Shown here in pieces: positions 32,021 through 40,791 of a stretch of DNA of 64,000 nucleotides. The notes below the pieces were generated by a model, which worked only from the letters and a program-made list of their open reading frames with translations, was not told the DNA's origin and did no database searches. Source of the DNA: Candidatus Moanibacter sp. (GTDB taxonomy: Bacteria; Verrucomicrobiota; Verrucomicrobiia; Opitutales; UBA2987). The stretch is from positions 1,985,828 to 2,049,827 of the forward strand of contig CBDDCD010000002.1 of NCBI GenBank assembly GCA_965226025.1, in the 5' to 3' direction. Each line of letters opens with the position of its first letter. The first letter of the stretch is position 1. A program made the position numbers and the translations under genes.

Positions 32021-33139
32021 TCATTCATAGAGTGAGTCCACCGTCACCTCCCGCCCGTTCATCTCGGCGGAGCGGTAGGCCGCGTCGAGGAGTTCAACCG
32101 TGCGCCAACCGTATTCGGCGGGCGATCGATTTCCCGCTTTGCCGTGAATGATTTCAACCAGGTTGGTGGCCGGCAGGTGGGCGGGATAGGCGGCGCCAGA
32201 GCCCACCGAATCACTTCCCGGGTGGTCGGTCTCGATCGTATCCGGCGACGGAGTCAAGTCTTCTTCAGTGCCGTCGTCGTAGCAGATCGTGCCGGTCCCT
32301 GCGATGTAATCCAGATCGACCCAACCATCGCCGCAGTAGATCTGGATATCGAGTTTTCCTTCGCCTCCTTTGACCGCACCGGTACTGCCGATTGTGGCCA
32401 AAGATCCGTTGTCCATGCGGACGATCATTGCGTCGACCACATCGACATGAACGTCGAGCTTATCCATCAGCGCTATCACCGAAACGGGCTTTAGATCAGT
32501 GAGGAAAAACATCATGGCGGCGGAGTGAGTGACTTGAAGATGTCCCTGTCCGCCGCCGGAGCGTTCCGGATCGCTGTAGACATCGCCTGGTCCGACGACC
32601 GGGTAGTGAATTTCCATCCCGGGCTGATCGGACTCGTCATCGCCACGATAGAGATTGATTGGGGATGAAGTGAAAGTGTTGGAAATGTAGTGAATGTCGT
32701 TTAATTCTCCCGACTGCAACGCTTCCCGCGCGCGAACCGATTGGGGTAGGAATTGCCAAGGATAACCCATGATGATCTCGCGTCCGTGGCGGCCTGCTTC
32801 TTCTACCAGGTCGCGTGCGTGGATCGCGGTCAGAACCATCGGCTTTTCGATCACCATGTGAAGGTCACTCTCCAGGCAGGCACGGGCGACTTCGTAATGA
32901 GCGGTGTGCCAGACCGCGACGACAACGCCGTCCAGTTTTTCTTTGGCCAGCATTTCGCGGAAGTCACTGTAGGTCTTATCGACCTGATAGTGTTCAGCTG
33001 CCTTGGCCAAGACCTCCGGGCGAATGTCCGCCAGCGCCACGAGTTCGGCGTCCGGATGCGCTATCAGGGTTGGGATATGGGCGAAGGTCGACCACCAGCC
33101 TGTACCTATAACCGCTATTCTGGCTTTGTTCTCGTTCAT
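32021..33139 (-). CDS. Gfo/Idh/MocA family NAD(P)-dependent oxidoreductase
   Basis: The start is more likely ATG 33139 (MNENKARIAVIGTGWWS) than 33253. Motifs GxG and EKP (MVIEKPM), and GGG...HS. Confidence 0.92.
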   Translation of the reverse strand: MNENKARIAVIGTGWWSTFAHIPTLIAHPDAELVALADIRPEVLAKAAEHYQVDKTYSDFREMLAKEKLDGVVVAVWHTAHYEVARACLESDLHMVIEKPMVLTAIHARDLVEEAGRHGREIIMGYPWQFLPQSVRAREALQSGELNDIHYISNTFTSSPINLYRGDDESDQPGMEIHYPVVGPGDVYSDPERSGGGQGHLQVTHSAAMMFFLTDLKPVSVIALMDKLDVHVDVVDAMIVRMDNGSLATIGSTGAVKGGEGKLDIQIYCGDGWVDLDYIAGTGTICYDDGTEEDLTPSPDTIETDHPGSDSVGSGAAYPAHLPATNLVEIIHGKAGNRSPAEYGWRTVELLDAAYRSAEMNGREVTVDSLYE

Positions 33140-33386
33140 GATCTGACCTGTTGGTTCAGAAGATCCACGAAAGTTTATCCGGTCAATCATCAATAGCACG
33201 AATAGCCCATGATCGATATTAGACGGATGTTGCACCGGATTAAAGGTGCCCAATCGTACGCCTGGCTGGAGGGGCGAGGGCCTCCAATCTTGAGGTTATT
33301 TTTCAGGGAAACTCCCGAGTTTCCCTGGCGCCTGCTCCCTCATCAGCATTGAAGTTTCTAATCGGATCTCAACAATAGGCATCGAA

Positions 33387-34202
33387 ATGGCCAACAAACC
33401 GATACAAGATCAGACCCGCCGAGCTCTCATTACGGGAGGGGCGAGCGGTTTCGGGCTCGCTATCGCCAATGCGTTGCTCGCCCAGGGCGCTCGAGTCGCG
33501 ATCGGCGATATCGATTCTGAATCGCTTCAGGAAGCAGTTAGGACTGTCGGCTGCGATGACCTCATGCCTCTGGATTTGGACGTCACTTCGCCTGCCTCTG
33601 TTCGAGCCGCGGTAGATGCTTGCCAGACCCGGTTCGGCGGGCTGGACGCGCTAGTGAACTCGGCCGGTGTCATCGAGATTACTCCCTTTCTGGAAATCAG
33701 GGAAGAAGAGTGGGACAGGATCATCGACGTCGATCTCAAGGGGACCTTCCTGGCTTGCCAGGCGGCAGCACCCTTTCTCTGCGAGAGCGGGCACGGACGC
33801 ATCGTTAACATTGGATCCGATGCATCCAGGATGGGCTGGCCCTTGATTTCTCACTACGTTGCCGCAAAATTTGGTGTCGTCGGCCTGACAAAATCCCTCG
33901 CCGGGGAATTAGCGGAGCACCAGGTTACGGTCAATTGCGTCTGCCCCATTGCTACCGCATCGACCGGGATGGGGCAGAAGTGCCTGCGATGGAAGGTGGA
34001 TGCCATGAACAGGTCGGAGAGCGAAGTTCATAAGGCCACTGCGGCGGCCGTTCCTCTGAAGCGGAACTCGACCGAGGCCGACGTCGTCAACGCCGTCATG
34101 TTCTTTCTCGCCGACAGTTCATCCTTCCTCACCGGGCAGGTTCTGGATGTCGACGGAGGGATGCTTAGCACCGCGTCGATACCGGGAAGCGGGGAGGAGT
34201 GA
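33387..34202 (+). CDS. Short-chain dehydrogenase/reductase
   Basis: TGGASGFG, NSAG, the catalytic YVAAK motif and C-terminal TGQVLDVDGG. Confidence 0.95.
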   Translation: MANKPIQDQTRRALITGGASGFGLAIANALLAQGARVAIGDIDSESLQEAVRTVGCDDLMPLDLDVTSPASVRAAVDACQTRFGGLDALVNSAGVIEITPFLEIREEEWDRIIDVDLKGTFLACQAAAPFLCESGHGRIVNIGSDASRMGWPLISHYVAAKFGVVGLTKSLAGELAEHQVTVNCVCPIATASTGMGQKCLRWKVDAMNRSESEVHKATAAAVPLKRNSTEADVVNAVMFFLADSSSFLTGQVLDVDGGMLSTASIPGSGEE

Positions 34203-34273
34203 AGGTTTGGGGTTTTCTGGATAAATGGACCTATGGAAAGGTGTCAGGTTTCAGGTGTCTGGGAAATCCAGTT

Positions 34274-34308
34274 CTTTGTCGCGAGCTTTGTCGCGAGCCT
34301 TGTCGAAA
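34274..34308 (+). repeat. Short intergenic tandem repeat (12-bp unit CTTTGTCGCGAG x2 plus a partial unit)
   Basis: Read directly at 34274-34285, 34286-34297 and 34298 onward. Confidence 0.7.
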
Positions 34309-34461
34309 TCCCTCGGGCAGGAAGGTTACGACAGAGTTTCCCACACCGGGAGAAAAGCTCCCTCCCAAACTTTGACGACCGAGTGTAACGGGAATTCGAT
34401 AACTACATTTCAACTTCGGATCAGGACTGGACGGAGAAAGCAGATCGAAAAGGAGATCCGC

Positions 34462-35289
34462 ATGAGCAACATCAAACTATCGGGAGCAGCTTGGACATGG
34501 GTCGGCGCCACCTTGGAGGAGGCGGCCCGAATCTATCGGGCGCTGGGAGTGAAAGCGTTGGACCTGATCGCCATGCCGGGCGCGGCCCTGGAAGCCGATG
34601 AGATTGCCCGCGACCCGCTCGGTCATGCTGATCGGGCGCGTAAGCTGGATGTCGAGCTCGTGAATCTCATTACAATATTCGGTGCAGGCTTTGAAGACAG
34701 GGCGCTCAATTCGACGGACTCCGGGGTGAGGGAAATGAACCTTGCGACATACAAGGGCTTGCTGGAGTTCTGTGCCGCCGCACGTGTCTATTCAATTATG
34801 GTCCTTCCTGGCGTGCTCCAGAAAGATATTAGCCGGGATGAGGCTCTCGAAATCAGCGCTGCCGAACTGCGGACAATGAACGTGCTGGCAAAAGAAGCCG
34901 GGGTCCTCCTGGCCTATGAACCGCATGTCGAATCGATCCTGGAAAGCCCTCAGGAGATTCTCGATTTTGTGAAAGAGGTACCGGAGATCAAGCTCGTGCT
35001 CGACTATGCCCATTGTGTTTCCCTCGGTCATACGCAGGTCGAGATCGACGCCCTGGCACCCTATGCCGGCCACGTCCACTTGAGGCAGGCTGCGTCGGGG
35101 AAGATCCAAGCGCGATGGGCGGAGGGCGAGATCGATTTCGTGGCCGGCATGCAGTTGCTCAAGAAGATCGGTTACGAGGGCTACGTCACGCTGGAGTACG
35201 AGCATGAAGAATTCTGGGATATGGATAAGTGCGATGTCATGACGGAGACGATCAAGATGCGGGATGCGGTGTTACCTTTTGTCTCGTGA
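34462..35289 (+). CDS. Sugar phosphate isomerase/epimerase family (xylose-isomerase-like TIM barrel)
   Basis: AGGAG RBS at 34451 precedes ATG 34462. Metal-binding pattern YEPH, LDYAH, HVHLRQ and TLEY. Confidence 0.9.
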   Translation: MSNIKLSGAAWTWVGATLEEAARIYRALGVKALDLIAMPGAALEADEIARDPLGHADRARKLDVELVNLITIFGAGFEDRALNSTDSGVREMNLATYKGLLEFCAAARVYSIMVLPGVLQKDISRDEALEISAAELRTMNVLAKEAGVLLAYEPHVESILESPQEILDFVKEVPEIKLVLDYAHCVSLGHTQVEIDALAPYAGHVHLRQAASGKIQARWAEGEIDFVAGMQLLKKIGYEGYVTLEYEHEEFWDMDKCDVMTETIKMRDAVLPFVS

Positions 35290-35476
35290 AAGGGATGTTC
35301 GAAAAGGCGAAAACGCAACCGCAGAGCACGCGGAGGGCGCAGAGAGAGAAGGGGAAATCGGTGCATCAGAGCCGCAATCGAGAAAGTGAAAATAGAGATA
35401 TGATAAACCGCAGATTTCGGAGCTGAATGGAAAGCTTGATCCCTATTCGTTGCCGTGCATTGATTCGTTGTGTCCC

Positions 35477-35800
35477 ATGAAAAGAATGATTCCCGTCGGT
35501 GAAGCGCTGAAGTTGCGGCCCGGTTGCTATGAAGAATACAAGCGGCGGCATGATGAATTGTGGCCCGAGTTGGCGGAGGTCATGCGGGAAAACGGAATCA
35601 ACATGGTGATTTACCGCTTCGGGGACACCCTTTTCGTCTACGGAACGGCCCCTTCCCAAGAGGCTTGGGCGCGTGTCGAGAGACATCCGGTGACGCCTCG
35701 CTGGAATGCTTTTATGGCGGAAGTTCTGGAAACCGATGAGAAAGGAGATCCTATCGTTCACCAACTCGACCAGGCATTCAGATTCGGAGATCTCCCCTAG
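35477..35800 (+). CDS. L-rhamnose mutarotase family protein
   Basis: KLRPG..EEYKRRHDELWPEL...NGI...IY...LFVY and W...M; about 107 aa. Confidence 0.85.
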   Translation: MKRMIPVGEALKLRPGCYEEYKRRHDELWPELAEVMRENGINMVIYRFGDTLFVYGTAPSQEAWARVERHPVTPRWNAFMAEVLETDEKGDPIVHQLDQAFRFGDLP

Positions 35801-35858
35801 CAGCCTATCGAACTTGAACTTTCTCTCACGACCTTTACCCTTATTCGATAGGCTGCTA
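35798..35858. repeat. Perfect 15-bp inverted repeat starting at a TAG stop
   Basis: TAGCAGCCTATCGAA (35798-35812) and TTCGATAGGCTGCTA (35844-35858), 31-nt spacer. Confidence 0.85.
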
Positions 35859-35861
35859 ACA

Positions 35862-35956
35862 AGAAATCTGTCGGTCTGATCTTGATAGGGATCTAAGTTT
35901 TTAACCGGAAACGCATAGTTCAGAGATGGCTCGTAAGCTAGATCCGACAGATTCCT
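35862..35956. repeat. AGGAATCTGTC-bounded element, copy B
   Basis: Arms at 35862-35872 (one mismatch) and 35946-35956 with a 73-nt interior, ending 1 nt before ATG 35958. Confidence 0.8.
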
Positions 35957-35957
35957 A

Positions 35958-37103
35958 ATGAAGATTAAGCACATCGAAGCAATTCCCCTGGTCCGGGAGT
36001 TGGAGGAAGTCTTTCAGGGAGGCACTTACAAGATCACAAGCCGTAACACCATTGTCACCCGCGTGGAATTGGAAAACGGTGTGGTCGGGGAGACTTTCGG
36101 CGGTGACGAGGACCAGTATCAACTCGATGTCTGCCGGGTGGTGAATTCCGTCTATCGCCCCCTCATCGTGGGCCAGGATGCCAGGGACGTGGAGAAACAC
36201 TGGGAGCGAATGTGGGCGACGCGGGTGGATTTGAATAATCGCGGAATCCACAGTCTCGATCTGGCCAAGCATTGCGTCCTCACCCAGGCCATCGCCGCTG
36301 TCGACATCGCCCTCTGGGACGCTCTGGGCAAATCATTGGGGCAACCGGTTTATAAGCTTCTCGGCGGATTCCGCGACCGCATCCCGGTAATCGCGATTGG
36401 CGGTTACTTGAGAGAAGGCGACTCCTTCGTCGATCTGGAAACGGAGATCGGACGCTACAAAGAGGAGCAGATACTCGGAATCAAGATGAAGGTGGGCAAA
36501 CTCTCGGTCGAAGAAGATATCGAGCGAGCCCGCCTCGCCCGCAAGGCCGGTGGCCCGGACTTTCACCTCTGCACCGATTCCAACCAGGCCTGGACCGTAG
36601 GGGAGGCGATGATATTCGCTAGAGGCGTGCGCGACCTCAATCTCGCCTGGTTGGAGGAACCGGTCCGCTGGTACGATCAGATTGAGGGCAATGCTCGGGT
36701 GCGTACTGTCGGCATTCCCGTGAACGCTGGGCAGGGTGAGATATCCCGACACGGCTGCAGGGAACTGATAACCCGAGGAGCGGTTGATATTATCAACGTA
36801 GATGCCACCATCGCCGCCGGCGTTACGGAATGGCGCAGGGTGGCCGGTATGGCTCACTCATTCGGCGTTAGCATGGCACATCATGAGGAGCCTCAGGTGG
36901 CTCTTCACCTCCTCACTGGCGTGGCCCACGGCCTCTGCGTGGAGATTTTTCCCGATTACACCCGCGATCCCATGTGGGTCGACCTTCCCGTGGAACAACC
37001 GGAGATACGCGACGGTTACATGCTTGTCCCCGATAAACCAGGCTTCGGTTTCGACCTTCGCGCCGAAACCATCGAGAAATGGACGGCCGTGGAAATGACA
37101 TAA
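35958..37103 (+). CDS. Mandelate racemase/muconate lactonizing enzyme (enolase superfamily), probable sugar-acid dehydratase
   Basis: AIAAVDIALWDALGK..GQPVYKLLGG, KxK (GIKMKVG), D in CTDSNQ, E in WLEEP, and C-terminal VPDKPGFG. Confidence 0.93.
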   Translation: MKIKHIEAIPLVRELEEVFQGGTYKITSRNTIVTRVELENGVVGETFGGDEDQYQLDVCRVVNSVYRPLIVGQDARDVEKHWERMWATRVDLNNRGIHSLDLAKHCVLTQAIAAVDIALWDALGKSLGQPVYKLLGGFRDRIPVIAIGGYLREGDSFVDLETEIGRYKEEQILGIKMKVGKLSVEEDIERARLARKAGGPDFHLCTDSNQAWTVGEAMIFARGVRDLNLAWLEEPVRWYDQIEGNARVRTVGIPVNAGQGEISRHGCRELITRGAVDIINVDATIAAGVTEWRRVAGMAHSFGVSMAHHEEPQVALHLLTGVAHGLCVEIFPDYTRDPMWVDLPVEQPEIRDGYMLVPDKPGFGFDLRAETIEKWTAVEMT

Positions 37104-37106
37104 GCT

Positions 37107-38018
37107 TCAATCAAGAGACTTGATTGAAGCTGCCAGTTTTAGTATTCGCCTCGCGCGCTCCACCACGGGAGCATCGACTAACTTTCCTTCGAACTGAATC
37201 GCCGCCACTCCCTGGGCTTCCGCCTCCTCGAAGGCTTGAACGACCTTATCGGCATGAAGGGTTTCCTCTTCGGTTGGAGAAAAGACTTCGTTGCAGGTTC
37301 CGATTTGATCGGGATGGACGCAGAATTTGCCCTGAAAGCCGAGCTGTTTGGCTCGGATGGCATCGGTGCGGAGTGCATCGCAGTCTTTCAAGTCGATCAT
37401 GAAGGGTGTGTCGAGCGGTGGTGCTATACCCGCGGCTCGGCAGGCGACAGGGATGCGCGAGCGGGGATAGAGCAGTTCGTTTCCGTCCCTCGTGATTTCA
37501 ATACCGATATCGAGACAGTAGTCAGCCGCTCCGAAAGCCACGGCCAAAAGCCTGTTTGGATCTGTCTTTTTCGAGATGATCTCGAATACGTTCTGCACCC
37601 CGGTAGCGGATTCGATGAGAAGCATCAGGTCGATGCTTCCCGCACCGATTCCCTGTTCTTTTTCCGCGTCGAGGAGGAGCGATTCGATCTTCCGGACCTG
37701 GTCGGGGCTCTCCACTTTTGGGAGGAGGATGCAGGTGAGATTTTCCAACATCACCTCTTGCAGGTCTCCCTCCAGAAGACCCGACTCCAAGGAGTTTACT
37801 CGCACGATAAGATTTCTTTCACGCCCTCGTAACTCCAATAGCTTGTCCCGAACCACGCCGCGCGTCTCCTTCTTCTTTGCTGGAGAAACCGCGTCTTCCA
37901 GATCAATGATGACCGCATCTGCGGCCGTTGCCACGGCCTTGTCCACTCGATCGGGCCGATCCCCCGGAACAAAGAGCGCCGTCCGCAACGGTCCGAATCT
38001 GTTGAAGCTAATGTTCAT
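37107..38018 (-). CDS. HpcH/HpaI aldolase / citrate lyase beta subunit (CitE-like CoA-ester lyase) family
   Basis: RTALFVPGDR, IIDLEDAV, VRVN, LPKVES, IESA.G, AFGAADY, GFQGK.C.HP.Q and GKLVDAPV. Confidence 0.92.
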   Translation of the reverse strand: MNISFNRFGPLRTALFVPGDRPDRVDKAVATAADAVIIDLEDAVSPAKKKETRGVVRDKLLELRGRERNLIVRVNSLESGLLEGDLQEVMLENLTCILLPKVESPDQVRKIESLLLDAEKEQGIGAGSIDLMLLIESATGVQNVFEIISKKTDPNRLLAVAFGAADYCLDIGIEITRDGNELLYPRSRIPVACRAAGIAPPLDTPFMIDLKDCDALRTDAIRAKQLGFQGKFCVHPDQIGTCNEVFSPTEEETLHADKVVQAFEEAEAQGVAAIQFEGKLVDAPVVERARRILKLAASIKSLD

Positions 38019-38184
38019 TTGTTATTGCTAGGAATTTTATGGTCGGAATGAAACCGAGCAAGTCTTCCCAATTAGACCTGGAACAGCGAAGCCGTAACCA
38101 AAGAACGATCTCGGCCTGTCATGAACCTGAACCCTGAACACTGAAACCTGGACAAATGGTCGATCGAAATGTCAATGTCCAGTC

Positions 38185-38673
38185 ATGGTTACCGGAACGA
38201 CTGGCCTCGATCACGTCGGTTTCAGCGTGTCGGATCTCGACCGCTCGATTGCTTTTTACACCCTCCTACTCGAGCAGGAGCCGGTGATGCGCCGGCGCTA
38301 CCCCGAACAGTACGTGGCGCGCGTGGTCGGCTACGACGAAATCGACTTGGACGCAGCATTTTTTGAGATCGGGGAAAGCGGTGTGATCCTGGAGCTGCTC
38401 GAGTACCGTCTGCCACCCAACGCTCGTGTCGATATGGAAACCTACAATGTCGGCAATGCTCACCTCTGCCTGATCGTGGGCGATTTGGAAGCTGAGTACG
38501 ATCGGCTCGTTCCTCAGGGCGTCGCATTTCGTTCCGAGACTCCCGTCGACATCCCGATCGGGCCGTATCAGGGTGGCAAAGCCTGCTACCTGCGGGACCC
38601 GGATGGCATCAGCATTGAACTCCTCGAGCCGCCCCCCGCCGGCGGACCGGATTTCTCGGGGGCAAAGGGATAG
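38185..38673 (+). CDS. VOC/glyoxalase family protein
   Basis: DHVGFSVSDLDRSIAFY, LELLEY, NAHLCL.V.DL and YLRDPDGISIELL. Confidence 0.92.
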   Translation: MVTGTTGLDHVGFSVSDLDRSIAFYTLLLEQEPVMRRRYPEQYVARVVGYDEIDLDAAFFEIGESGVILELLEYRLPPNARVDMETYNVGNAHLCLIVGDLEAEYDRLVPQGVAFRSETPVDIPIGPYQGGKACYLRDPDGISIELLEPPPAGGPDFSGAKG

Positions 38674-38677
38674 CCTG

Positions 38678-39037
38678 CTAGTAGAGGAATCCAAGTGATG
38701 ATAGGGGTCTGCTCGACTCCTGTGTGCCTGGTCTGGGTTGAAAGATTATCTTTTGAAAGGAACCTGAAATCCCTTTGAACTGATCTGTTCCTTTGCCGGC
38801 GCCTCCGACTTCAATCACAATTTTCTCTTTGAAACCGTCCAGGAGAAAATCCGGACATTTTTTCCCCACTTCGTTCTTGAGGTAGAAAGGTGTCTGACCC
38901 GTCGTTTGGAGCATCTCAATGACAAAGTCTTCCCTTAATCCTCCGATTGCCTGATCATAGTCCTGGTAGAGAAGCCGATAGGGTGGAATCATAAGTACCA
39001 ACAATCCCAAGAAAGGCCCTTCCAGTATGACTCTCAA
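38678..39037 (-). pseudogene. C-terminal remnant of an AAA+ ATPase/nuclease-like protein (AAA_14/DUF4143 type)
   Basis: GGLREDF...PDFLLD...IVIEVGG.GK...Q resembles the C-terminus of this family. No P-loop and no credible start upstream. Confidence 0.5.
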
Positions 39038-39144
39038 GGATGCTGTAGAGCCATCGTTTGTGTTGGTAACTCGCCCCTTCTTCCCGGGCTGATTGGTTCA
39101 GCTTCTGTAACTCGTTAAGATCCATTCACGTGTTTTGGCTAATA

Positions 39145-39175
39145 ATTGACTAAGATACAAGATATTTTAGTCAAT
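39145..39175. promoter_or_regulatory. Palindromic operator-like site in an AT-rich intergenic region
   Basis: ATTGACTAA-N13-TTAGTCAAT, about 120 nt upstream of the gene at 39295. Each arm contains TTGAC. Confidence 0.5.
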
Positions 39176-39294
39176 AGTTGACCAGAATCCGAGGCTTGTT
39201 CATCGGTCAGATTTCCGAGAGATCACCGGCTTAGGACCGATCTGTGGAGCACGGTTGCATTCCACCCTATCAGCGGTACAGAATCCGATCTTGA

Positions 39295-40698
39295 ATGACG
39301 ACGACACTGCTTTTTGACGACCACAGGCTTAACCGGCTCGACAACGTGGTGCGGAAACTCGGACGACCCGAGCGGCTTGATGATGCGACCTACCACGACC
39401 CACACGGAAATACCTCATTCGGCTATCCTTCCGTCTTTCGAAGTGAAGAGAGCGGAACCTGGCGGATGGTGTATCAGACTGCTTTTCGCGCTGGGGACTT
39501 GAACTTAGCCCAGGTCCTGGCTGAGAGCGAAGACGGCCTCGACTGGCGGCCACGAGACACGACTGGAGAGATCGACCTGCCTGACCGGCTGCTGCCGCAC
39601 CAGATCGTGTCGATTGAGGAGCAGAAAGAGTGGGGCTCATGCTTTGTCGATCAGCGGGCTGTTCCCGAGGAGCGCATCAAGGCCTTTCAGGTCTCTTTTC
39701 CGGAGGGAATCGCCGGGGGCGGTCGAGCGGTGCTGCTGGTTTCAGCTGACGGGGTCCGGTGGAAGCACAAGAAGAACGGAGCTTGGCTTAATCCTGGAGC
39801 AGATCCAGGTATCTTCGCCTTCTGGAACGAAGTACGCCAGAGCTATATTGTTCTGACGCGCCATGAGATCTTGGATCGACGGATAACCGCCGTGGAGACG
39901 ACGGATTGGGTCCATTACACGGAGCCGGAGCTCGTTGTTCATCCGGACGGCCTCGACGCTCCGCTCACTGAACCCTACGGCATGGCGGTGTTTCCCTACG
40001 AAGACTATTACATCGGCCTTCTCTGGCTCTTTCATACGATACCTTGGGACCCTGCCATTCGCCGATTTCGGGGAGGGCACATCGACTGTCAGCTCGCCTA
40101 CAGCCTCAACGGCTGGCATTGGCACCGCGGGCTACGCGATCCCTTCATTCCCAACGGCGCCCCGGGCGAACCTGATTCGGGATGCGTATACCCTGGATCC
40201 CTAGTAGTCCAGGAGGACGGCTCTCTCCGCATCTATGCGTCGGCCTGCACCCATGAGCACGGGATTCCACCAGAGGGTTCTGGTTCCATAGTCGTCTACC
40301 GCCTACGTCGCGACGGCTTCTGCTTTCTCGAAAGTAGCGACGGCGCTGGTCTGGTTGGAATACGACCGGTCTACTGGCGTCGCGGCGAGGTAGAACTGAA
40401 CGTTTCGAGCCCGGGCGGCTCGGTCCGGGCGCAGGTTACTGATCAGGTCGGCACTCCCCTGGAGGGATTTACTTTCCAGGACTGTCAGCCCTTTTCCGGT
40501 GACGACACAGAGTGGACTCCGGTGTGGAAGGACGAGAATAAGATGGCGACGCTAGGCGGTCAGTTCCTTCGCGTGGAGGTTGAGCTCAACAGCGCACGCC
40601 TCTACGCGGTTCGAGGCGACTTCGTGAAAACCATGCCCACTGCGATCGCCCGCCACAGGGAGTATGGCGAGATTCCGGAAGCCAGAATCGGCTGGTAG
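39295..40698 (+). CDS. Five-bladed beta-propeller glycoside-hydrolase-like protein (GH32/43/130-like fold) with a C-terminal beta-sandwich
   Basis: Blade motifs YPSVF...WRMVY, ESEDGLDW, SADGVRW, EPYGMAVFPYEDYYIGLLW and AYSLNG..W; C-terminal LRRDGF...ELNV...GFTFQDC...GD. Confidence 0.7.
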   Translation: MTTTLLFDDHRLNRLDNVVRKLGRPERLDDATYHDPHGNTSFGYPSVFRSEESGTWRMVYQTAFRAGDLNLAQVLAESEDGLDWRPRDTTGEIDLPDRLLPHQIVSIEEQKEWGSCFVDQRAVPEERIKAFQVSFPEGIAGGGRAVLLVSADGVRWKHKKNGAWLNPGADPGIFAFWNEVRQSYIVLTRHEILDRRITAVETTDWVHYTEPELVVHPDGLDAPLTEPYGMAVFPYEDYYIGLLWLFHTIPWDPAIRRFRGGHIDCQLAYSLNGWHWHRGLRDPFIPNGAPGEPDSGCVYPGSLVVQEDGSLRIYASACTHEHGIPPEGSGSIVVYRLRRDGFCFLESSDGAGLVGIRPVYWRRGEVELNVSSPGGSVRAQVTDQVGTPLEGFTFQDCQPFSGDDTEWTPVWKDENKMATLGGQFLRVEVELNSARLYAVRGDFVKTMPTAIARHREYGEIPEARIGW

Positions 40699-40710
40699 GG
40701 AATCTGTCGG
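40696..40710 (+). repeat. Solo arm of the AGGAATCTGTCGG family
   Basis: TAGGGAATCTGTCGG begins at the TAG stop of the upstream gene. Confidence 0.65.
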
Positions 40711-40791
40711 ATTGCGCCCTTCGGCGGGCTCAGGACAGGGTCTTGCGATTTTTGTAATAGGATGCACCATCTTTTGCGTGGCGGTACACTA

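Noticed and set aside
33140-33253. N-terminal extension of the oxidoreductase
   Set aside because: The Rossmann motif begins right after ATG 33139, and the extension is not family-like.
34225-34461. N-terminal extension of the 354-aa ORF
   Set aside because: It runs through intergenic tandem repeats. A good RBS precedes ATG 34462.
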